NCBI GenBank assembly: GCA_041572575.1
Contig: JBFFSH010000063.1
Coordinates: 1 to 15,410, forward strand
DNA length: 15,410 nucleotides
Reading direction: 5' to 3'
Origin: Thermodesulfobacteriota bacterium
GTDB lineage: Bacteria > Desulfobacterota_D > UBA1144 > Nemesobacterales > N074bin48
Below are positions 8,890 through 15,280 of this stretch, in pieces (positions within the stretch are counted from its first letter, which is position 1; the number at the start of each line of letters is the position of its first letter). Both the position numbers and the translations under genes were made by a program. The notes under the pieces were generated by a model, which was given only the letters and a program-made list of their open reading frames with translations, did not search any database and was not told the DNA's origin.

Positions 8890-9405
8890 ATGCAAAGTTA
8901 TGAAACAGTTTTTATAACACCTGTAGATATTGCAGAAGAAAATCTGAATAAGATTTTAGATAAGATCAAAGAAGCAGTTTCCAAAAATGATGGGGAATTA
9001 TCAAAACTGGAAAAATGGCAGCAAAGAGAGCTTGCCTACCCTATAAACGATCTCACCAAAGGGATCTATTATATTGCAGAGTATAAGGCTAACTCTGATG
9101 TAGTACATGACATTGAGCACAATTTTAAGTTTTTAAGAGAAGATATCCTGCGGTTTTTAACCATAAAAACCAAGCCTGCTAAGGCAAAACCAGTAAAACC
9201 CGAAGCTTCAAAACCACAAGCTACATCAGCACCAGCATCAGCTGCTCCAAAACCCGAGGCTTCTGCGCCAGTAACTGAAACTCCTGAGGCTACTGCAACA
9301 CCTGCTCCAATCAGTGCTGAGCCTGCTGCTGCATCAACAGATACGGACAACAGTGCGTTTGCAAGCCCAAATTCTAATTCAAATGATAAAGGAGGACAGA
9401 GCTGA
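8890..9405 (+). CDS. rpsF: 30S ribosomal protein bS6 with ~77-aa Pro/Ala-rich C-terminal extension
   Basis: YETVFI, W..RELAYPI, GIYY, DILRFL. ATG 8890 follows GGAGG. Directly upstream of rpsR-rplI. Confidence 0.93.
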   Translation: MQSYETVFITPVDIAEENLNKILDKIKEAVSKNDGELSKLEKWQQRELAYPINDLTKGIYYIAEYKANSDVVHDIEHNFKFLREDILRFLTIKTKPAKAKPVKPEASKPQATSAPASAAPKPEASAPVTETPEATATPAPISAEPAAASTDTDNSAFASPNSNSNDKGGQS

Positions 9406-9644
9406 TGGAATCACCAAGAGATAGAAGATATATGAATAGAAAGAAATACTGCAGGTTTTGTAAGAATAAAGAAGAGATTGAGTATAAAAATGTAGATCTG
9501 CTTGCAAGGTATATTACCGAGCGAAGAAAAATCGTTCCACGCAGGGTTACCGGAGTCTGTGCTAAACATCAAAGAATTCTTGCAACAGCTATCAAAAGAG
9601 CAAGGGTACTGGCTTTAATCCCATTTACTGTTTTACACAAATAA
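9405..9644 (+). CDS. rpsR: 30S ribosomal protein bS18, Zn-binding (C+) type
   Basis: [47 protein letters not shown] stop/start overlap with rpsF, and an AAGGAGG SD inside rpsF. Confidence 0.96.
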   Translation: MESPRDRRYMNRKKYCRFCKNKEEIEYKNVDLLARYITERRKIVPRRVTGVCAKHQRILATAIKRARVLALIPFTVLHK

Positions 9645-9673
9645 TAGCCGCATATTGGTATTGGAGGTAAAAA

Positions 9674-10276
9674 ATGAAAGTTATATTAACTACTGACGTA
9701 GACTCTGTTGGGTATATGGGAGAAATAAAAGACGTTAAAAGGGGTCTTGCAAGAAACTACTTACTACCCAAAAATCTTGCTGTAGAAGCAACACCAGGAA
9801 ACCTTAAAATTTGGAATCAAAAACAAAGAATTATTGAAAAACATCAGATAAAAAGAAAAGAAGACGCCGAGAGTCTTGCAAGCAACCTGGGTTCAGTAAC
9901 GTGCACAATAAAAGTAAAGGTCGGTGAAGAGGGCAAATTGTTTGGCTCTGTAACCACCCAGAACATATCCGATGATTTAGCACAAAAGGGTTATAAAATA
10001 TCCAAAAAAGATATCGTTCTCGATGCGCCAATTAAAGAGACAGGCACCTATGATGTACCGGTTAAAATTCACCCCGAAGTTTCAGCATCAGTAAAAGTTG
10101 TTGTTGAAAATGAAGAAGGTGAGCAGTCTTCTGAGACTGGCGATCAAAGTGAGGAACAGGCAACTGAGCAAGCTGCTGAAAGTTCTGAGCAGGAAAACTC
10201 CCTTGAAAGTTCAGAGGAAGCTTCAGCTGACGAAAATAGTTCTGAGCAATCTGAGACTAAAGAGCAGGAAAGCTGA
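9674..10276 (+). CDS. rplI: 50S ribosomal protein bL9 with ~56-aa acidic tail
   Basis: MKVIL, VKRGLARNYLLP, GKLFGSVT, PIKETG, IHPEV. GGAGG SD at 9663-9667. Confidence 0.96.
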   Translation: MKVILTTDVDSVGYMGEIKDVKRGLARNYLLPKNLAVEATPGNLKIWNQKQRIIEKHQIKRKEDAESLASNLGSVTCTIKVKVGEEGKLFGSVTTQNISDDLAQKGYKISKKDIVLDAPIKETGTYDVPVKIHPEVSASVKVVVENEEGEQSSETGDQSEEQATEQAAESSEQENSLESSEEASADENSSEQSETKEQES

Positions 10277-10297
10277 TCTTTTATAATATTTTCGGTA

Positions 10298-11098
10298 CTA
10301 AATTTTATTCTTCTTGTAATCTTTAGGAGGTCTGAAATCTTTATCGGCTAATTCGACCTCTTTTATTGACAATGTAGTTTCAACCCTGTTTCCGGGAAGA
10401 TTGTAATCAACAGTTTCCATGGGATACCCGATTTTATAAATCTCAGAAAGGGTTTTACTAAACCTGTTTTGATTTTCAGGTCCCAGGTAAAGACCTTGTG
10501 AAATTTTTTGAATTTCACTATAAAATTCAGCAAGCTTATTAAAATCTATTTCCCCCAGTTTATTGCTTACCCACAAATCCTGTATTACTTTTCCATCTTC
10601 AAGTAGTTCAAATTTCTCAGTTTTTAGACCTGCAATTTCTTTTGTTTGATCTGTTTTATTGATTTTCCAGTTTTTTAATTTTTCATCACCGTTAATATTT
10701 ATTCGTTTTTTCTCCAATATTTTAAGTTGTTGAACTCTTTTAGCTTTATCCATGTTTGCAAGATCTTTCTTTAATGCCTTTTTTTGCTCGGTCATGTTTG
10801 CTTGCACAAGCTCAACATATTTATCAGGTGAGCTTTCAACATACTGTTTTGATTGTTGGTCAATAATATAAAGCTTGTTTTTGTTGAGATTGAAGATGAT
10901 AATTGGGTCATCATTATCTGCAACAAACTTGATTTTATTGTCTGAAATGTATATTTGCCCCTTTCCTTTTTTATCGGGATTTTTTTCCAGATAACTTTCC
11001 TGCTCTAGTAAAAGTCCTGCTATAGTAGGAGTATTTATTAAAAGTGATAAAAAGAGTGCAAATATAAAAAGTATAAAATTCCTTAAAAGTGAATCCAT
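10298..11098 (-). CDS. Secreted/periplasmic protein, DUF4412-like
   Basis: Signal peptide (RNFILFIFALFLSLLINTPTIA), beta-rich N-terminal region, TKEIAG...DLWVS, GYPME and terminal DFRPPKDYK, as seen in DUF4412-type proteins. ATG 11098 follows GGAGG (alternative start 11110). Confidence 0.6.
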   Translation of the reverse strand: MDSLLRNFILFIFALFLSLLINTPTIAGLLLEQESYLEKNPDKKGKGQIYISDNKIKFVADNDDPIIIFNLNKNKLYIIDQQSKQYVESSPDKYVELVQANMTEQKKALKKDLANMDKAKRVQQLKILEKKRININGDEKLKNWKINKTDQTKEIAGLKTEKFELLEDGKVIQDLWVSNKLGEIDFNKLAEFYSEIQKISQGLYLGPENQNRFSKTLSEIYKIGYPMETVDYNLPGNRVETTLSIKEVELADKDFRPPKDYKKNKI

Positions 11099-11187
11099 CT
11101 TCTCCTCCATATTAACTAAAAAAGATAATTAAAGCTGCCTTTGAGGTATTATAGCGTATAATTTACGTTTTAATAGTACAGATTATA

Positions 11188-11215
11188 TTGACGGCTATAC
11201 TAATAATGGTAGATT
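11188..11215 (+). promoter_or_regulatory. Putative sigma70-type promoter of thi4
   Basis: TTGACG (11188-11193), 16-nt spacer ending in TGG (extended -10), TAGATT (11210-11215). Confidence 0.5.
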
Positions 11216-11253
11216 TAAACTCTTTATAAACAGATCACATGGAGGCTTACCAA

Positions 11254-12063
11254 ATGGCTGAAATCAATACAAAATTTGCACCGGTTGGCGAAAAAGAAGT
11301 TACAAAAGCGATTGTAGAGGGATTTGCTAAGGAATTTACTGAACATATTGAGAGTGATGTCATTGTTGTAGGAGCCGGCCCAAGTGGTCTTGTAGCTGCA
11401 AAAGATATTGCTAAAAAGAAATACAAAGTTTTGCTTGTAGAAAGAATGAACTATTTGGGTGGAGGTTTTTGGATCGGTGGTTATTTAATGAACAAAGTAA
11501 CCGTAAGAGATCCGGGCCAGACTGTACTTGATGAAATAGAAGTACCTTATGAAGAAGTAAGTGAAGGACTATATGTTGCTGACGGTCCTTATGCCTGCTC
11601 TAAACTCATTGCAACTACATGTGAAGCAGGGGCAAAGATTCGTAATATGACCATGTTTGATGATCTTGTGTACAGAGAAAATGGCAGAGTAGCGGGAATA
11701 GTCATGAACTGGACACCTATAGCAAACATGCCAAAAGAAATCACTTGTTTAGACCCTATCGCAATCGAATCAAAGCTTGTGATAGATGCTACTGGTCACG
11801 ATGCATATCTTGCATCAAGACTTTCTCAACAGGGACTTTATAAAAAACTACCGGGACACGGCTCAATGTGGGTAGAAAAATCAGAAGAAGCACTTGTTGA
11901 ATATACGGGTGAGGTTCATCCTGGCCTGATTGCATGTGGTATGTCTGTTAACACCATATATGGTCTTCCAAGGATGGGACCTACATTTGGCGGAATGCTT
12001 CTATCAGGGAAAAAAGCAGCAGAGGTAGCAGTAAACATCTTACAGGAGCAGGCCGGAGGTTAA
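11254..12063 (+). CDS. thi4: Thi4-family thiamine thiazole synthase, Cys-type (single-turnover sulfur donor)
   Basis: DVIVVGAGPSGL, ExxxxLGGGFWIGG, ITCLDP (Cys165, codon 11746-11748), DATGHD, PRMGPTFGGMLLSGKKAA. ATG 11254 lies 8 nt after GGAGG (11241-11245). Confidence 0.93.
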   Translation: MAEINTKFAPVGEKEVTKAIVEGFAKEFTEHIESDVIVVGAGPSGLVAAKDIAKKKYKVLLVERMNYLGGGFWIGGYLMNKVTVRDPGQTVLDEIEVPYEEVSEGLYVADGPYACSKLIATTCEAGAKIRNMTMFDDLVYRENGRVAGIVMNWTPIANMPKEITCLDPIAIESKLVIDATGHDAYLASRLSQQGLYKKLPGHGSMWVEKSEEALVEYTGEVHPGLIACGMSVNTIYGLPRMGPTFGGMLLSGKKAAEVAVNILQEQAGG

Positions 12064-12085
12064 GAATACATCCAGCGGCATTTTG

Positions 12086-12832
12086 TTAGGTTAAATTTCC
12101 TATAAGCTGCCTATGATGCTTGCACAGCTGTCCATTATACTGTATTTCCAGCACATCCTTTTGCCAATGTGAGTTAAACAGGCAGCATGTCTTGTTTTCA
12201 CAAAAGGGTTTTCCTGTAAGCTCATACATGATCGGTTGTAAAGTGTAGGACTGTAATATTTCGGTAGTCTTAGGATCGTTGTATTCAAGATACTGACCTT
12301 TAAAGTACTCATCGAGCTCTTTTAAGTCTCTTCCATGTTGTAAAAACTGGGCTTTTAAGAAATAGTACTCCCTAGGTCTTGCAGGAGCCTCAACGAGTCC
12401 CGAAGTCGATATGAATGACGGATGTCCCATGAGTACAACTCTTGCATGATATCTTCTGTTTTCAAACGTGCAGAGCAGTTTATCTGTATAAATTATGTGT
12501 ATTACAGAATCGGAAATATTTGAGTCTAATAAAAAATATTTATTAATTACACTTATATATAGATATCCATCATAAAGAATTTTATTGTTTGTATTTTGGT
12601 TTTGAGATGCGTGGCATAATTCGAGCTTCTCTTTTTCAATATCATCGATGAGGGTTAGTGAAAGATAATGATTTAACTCATTTTGCTTAGCAGTACTTAA
12701 TCGCAGATATTCAAAGAAGTCTCCTTTATATTCAGACTCTATACCGAATTTAGATAAATGTTCTATTATATTGGAAATATTAGTAGCTTTGGAAGGAGTA
12801 TCTGAATATAAATAAACCGGTCTTTTATTCAT
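12086..12832 (-). CDS. Uncharacterised DUF6775-like protein (archaemetzincin-related, no HEXXH)
   Basis: LYDG, HIIYTDKLLCTF, RYHAR, ISTSGLVEAPARPREYY, YLEYNDP, GKPFCENKTCCLFNSHWQ...LCKHH. Recognised from memory of mostly archaeal 'putative metallopeptidase' homologues. Confidence 0.7.
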   Translation of the reverse strand: MNKRPVYLYSDTPSKATNISNIIEHLSKFGIESEYKGDFFEYLRLSTAKQNELNHYLSLTLIDDIEKEKLELCHASQNQNTNNKILYDGYLYISVINKYFLLDSNISDSVIHIIYTDKLLCTFENRRYHARVVLMGHPSFISTSGLVEAPARPREYYFLKAQFLQHGRDLKELDEYFKGQYLEYNDPKTTEILQSYTLQPIMYELTGKPFCENKTCCLFNSHWQKDVLEIQYNGQLCKHHRQLIGNLT

Positions 12833-12855
12833 TTATAGTGGGAAGAGAGGTGTTT

Positions 12856-13317
12856 TTAAATCTCGGCTATTAAATCAATCTCTACACAACTTTGCATCGG
12901 AAGATTTGATACACCGACAGCAGCTCTTGAATGAACACCAATATCGCCAAATACATCGAATAACAGTTCAGATGCTCCGTTAATAACCTTTGGCTGATCA
13001 AAAAAATCAGGACTGGACATTACATAACCATTTAGTTTTACAATCTTCTTTATTCTATCCAGATTATCAATTATTGTTGATATAGCAGATAATGCATTAA
13101 TTGCAGCTAGTCTTGCAGCTTCGTATCCTTGTTCAATGGTTATTTCATCACCAACTCGGCCTTTATATATTAAACTTCCATTTTGTAAAGGAAGCTGACC
13201 TGAAACATATATATGATTTCCACTTATTAAGGCCGGGGTATAGCTGCCAAGAGGTATAACCGGCTTTGGAATTTGTATGTTTAATTCAACAAGTCGGTCA
13301 GAAATATTAGTTGTCAT
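12856..13317 (-). CDS. Rid/YjgF/YER057c/UK114-family protein with catalytic Arg (probable imine/enamine deaminase)
   Basis: GSYTP, YVSGQLP, KIVKLNGYV, QPKVINGASEL, HSRAAVG, LP..SCVEID. Overlaps the degQ 3' end. Start is 13317 or 13323. Confidence 0.9.
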   Translation of the reverse strand: MTTNISDRLVELNIQIPKPVIPLGSYTPALISGNHIYVSGQLPLQNGSLIYKGRVGDEITIEQGYEAARLAAINALSAISTIIDNLDRIKKIVKLNGYVMSSPDFFDQPKVINGASELLFDVFGDIGVHSRAAVGVSNLPMQSCVEIDLIAEI

Positions 13318-14743
13318 TGCCATTTATTTTTAAAGCTATATATATTGTGCCTTGATTTCTTTTAACCAAAAACAATAAAGAATCATTCTCATTTACTCTG
13401 TTCATAATCTTTTTGTACTGGTTAATATCATCAATCTCTTTTTTATTAAGCTCTATAATAATATCATTCTTTCTAAGCCCGGCATCCCAGGCAGGGCTTC
13501 CACGATATACATTTGTAATTATTACTCCCCCTGTTTGTTCAATGCCCAGACGTTTTGCAAGTTGTGGGTTTATGTCCTGTACTACTAGTCCCAGATCGTC
13601 TTCTACGTCCTTTTGCTCTTGTACCTCAGGCTTTTTTCTTGCAATTTGTTCTGGCAGCTCGCCAAGCACAACACTAACTTTTTTTCTTCTGCCATCTCTA
13701 ATAAGCTCGATTTCTGATTTGGTTCCAGGAGGCGTTATTGCTACAGATTTAGGAAGTTCAGACATTTCGCTAATAGTTATATTATTAAACTCGGTAATTA
13801 CATCACCTCTTTTAATTCCAGCCTTGTCTGCAGGGCCTCCGGGAGTAATATCTGCTATAAGCGCACCCTTTATCTCCGATAGGCCTATGCTTTCTGCAAT
13901 TTCAGGGGTGATTTGCTGTACAAGCACACCCAGCCATCCCCTTACCACTTTCCCGCTGTTTTTTAGCTGATCTATTACATTTACTGCAAGAGATGCCGGA
14001 ATAGCAAAACCAATCCCCTGTGCGCGAGCAAAAATTGCTGTGTTTACACCCACTACTTCTCCGTCAAGATTAAAAAGAGGTCCACCACTGTTTCCGGGGT
14101 TAATGGCCGCATCTGTCTGTATAAAATCATCATATGAGCCAAGACCAAGAGACCTACCCTTAGCGCTTACAATACCTGCTGTTACCGTATGTCCAAGACC
14201 AAACGGGTTTCCTATTGCCACTACCCAGTCCCCAATATCCAGTATATCCGACCTGCCAAAAGAAATCGCTGGTAAATCTTCTTCAGGCTCTATTTTCAAC
14301 AGTGCTAGATCAGTTTTAGGGTCTTTACCTATAATTTCTGCCTTATAGCTTTTTCCGCTTTCCAGTATTATCTTTATATCGTTTGCTTTCTCAACAACGT
14401 GGTTATTAGTAACAATAAAACCATCTTCGCTTATGATAAACCCTGATCCCAGGCCGCTTTGCTTAAATTCCTGCTGAGGGGCACCCTCGAAAAACTTTTC
14501 AAAAAAATCTTCAAATGGATCTTCCTGTCCTTCAAACGGAGAACCGAAAGGGCTTCCGCCAAATGGGGAAGATCTCCTTTTTACTACATTTGTAGTGCTT
14601 ATATTCACTACTGAGGGTTTTAGATTTTTTACTAGCTCTGAGAGTGATAGAAGCTCATTTGCGCTAGAGTCTACAGGTACAGAAATTAAACCAAAAAGTA
14701 TGGTTATTAATATAAAAATACTGAATTTACTAAGTTTTCTCAT
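13307..14743 (-). CDS. DegP/DegQ (Do/HtrA-family) periplasmic serine protease with two PDZ domains
   Basis: Signal peptide, PSVVNI, GLGSGFII, catalytic triad TNNHVV / DLALL / GNSGGPL, QTDAAIN, PDZ1 RGWLGV...GPADKAGI, PDZ2 LGLVV...GSPAWDAGL. AGGAG SD. Confidence 0.95.
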   Translation of the reverse strand: MRKLSKFSIFILITILFGLISVPVDSSANELLSLSELVKNLKPSVVNISTTNVVKRRSSPFGGSPFGSPFEGQEDPFEDFFEKFFEGAPQQEFKQSGLGSGFIISEDGFIVTNNHVVEKANDIKIILESGKSYKAEIIGKDPKTDLALLKIEPEEDLPAISFGRSDILDIGDWVVAIGNPFGLGHTVTAGIVSAKGRSLGLGSYDDFIQTDAAINPGNSGGPLFNLDGEVVGVNTAIFARAQGIGFAIPASLAVNVIDQLKNSGKVVRGWLGVLVQQITPEIAESIGLSEIKGALIADITPGGPADKAGIKRGDVITEFNNITISEMSELPKSVAITPPGTKSEIELIRDGRRKKVSVVLGELPEQIARKKPEVQEQKDVEDDLGLVVQDINPQLAKRLGIEQTGGVIITNVYRGSPAWDAGLRKNDIIIELNKKEIDDINQYKKIMNRVNENDSLLFLVKRNQGTIYIALKINGNDN

Positions 14744-14771
14744 TTAATTATAATCTCCTGGTAAAAAAGTA

Positions 14772-14800
14772 ATATTATTTATTGAACTATACAATGTCAA
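14772..14800 (-). promoter_or_regulatory. Putative sigma70-type promoter of the degQ unit
   Basis: On the minus strand: TTGACA (14800-14795), 17-nt spacer, TAATAT (14777-14772). Confidence 0.6.
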
Positions 14801-14867
14801 GAATGGATACGATGCTAAATAAATTAATAGATTAAGAAAATATTAAATAAAATCATTAGCTTAAGCC

Positions 14868-14895
14868 TTGACAACTATTATAACATGATTATCTT
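14868..14895 (+). promoter_or_regulatory. Putative sigma70-type promoter of groESL
   Basis: TTGACA (14868-14873), 16-nt spacer, TATCTT (14890-14895), just upstream of the CIRCE element. Confidence 0.6.
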
Positions 14896-14907
14896 AAAGG
14901 GCGTTAT

Positions 14908-14934
14908 TTAGCACTTAAGAACTAACAGTGCTAA
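14908..14934. promoter_or_regulatory. CIRCE element (HrcA operator)
   Basis: TTAGCACTt-N9-cAGTGCTAA against the consensus TTAGCACTC-N9-GAGTGCTAA (8/9 per arm), between the promoter and groES. Confidence 0.9.
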
Positions 14935-14966
14935 TTATTATAATACAAGGAGGGGTAAATTTAGGT

Positions 14967-15254
14967 ATGAAAGTACAACCATTATATGACAAAATTTTAG
15001 TCAAAAGGATTGAAGGTGAAGAAAAAACAAAGGGTGGCATAATAATTCCAGAGACTGCACAGGAAAAACCTCTGGAAGGTACAGTAGAAGCAGTTGGAAA
15101 GGGCAAATTACTTGATAATGGCACAATCAGACCACTAGACGTTAAAAAAGGCGAAAAAGTGCTATTTAACAAATACGGTGGAAATGATATCAACATTGAA
15201 GGTGAAGAGTATCTTATTTTAAGAGAAGAGGACATCTTGGCAGTAATAAGTTAA
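14967..15254 (+). CDS. groES: Co-chaperonin GroES
   Basis: [43 protein letters not shown]. 95 aa from ATG 14967. The ORF-track GTG at 14928 lies inside CIRCE. Confidence 0.98.
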   Translation: MKVQPLYDKILVKRIEGEEKTKGGIIIPETAQEKPLEGTVEAVGKGKLLDNGTIRPLDVKKGEKVLFNKYGGNDINIEGEEYLILREEDILAVIS

Positions 15255-15280
15255 GTAAATAACAAAGCTAAAAAAATTAG

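Noticed and set aside
9400..10297. Absence of ssb/priB, DUF2232 and dnaB around rpsF-rpsR-rplI
   Set aside because: These genes are variably present in this operon across bacteria, so their absence is not remarkable.
13413..14348. 185-aa and 102-aa plus-strand ORFs opposite degQ
   Set aside because: They are antisense shadows of a clear HtrA gene, Ser/Ile/Pro-rich with no domain signal.
14480..14575. SPFGGSPFGSPFEG..DPFEDFFEKFF repeats in DegQ
   Set aside because: A Phe/Pro-rich low-complexity loop is normal at this position in Do-family proteases.
14811..14862. TGCTAA and TTAGC fragments as a second CIRCE controlling degQ
   Set aside because: They are short partial half-sites in the wrong order and spacing.
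14915..15235. 106-aa minus-strand ORF and the GTG-14928 extension of groES
   Set aside because: The ORF is an antisense shadow of groES. The GTG is part of the CIRCE arm and lies upstream of the SD.
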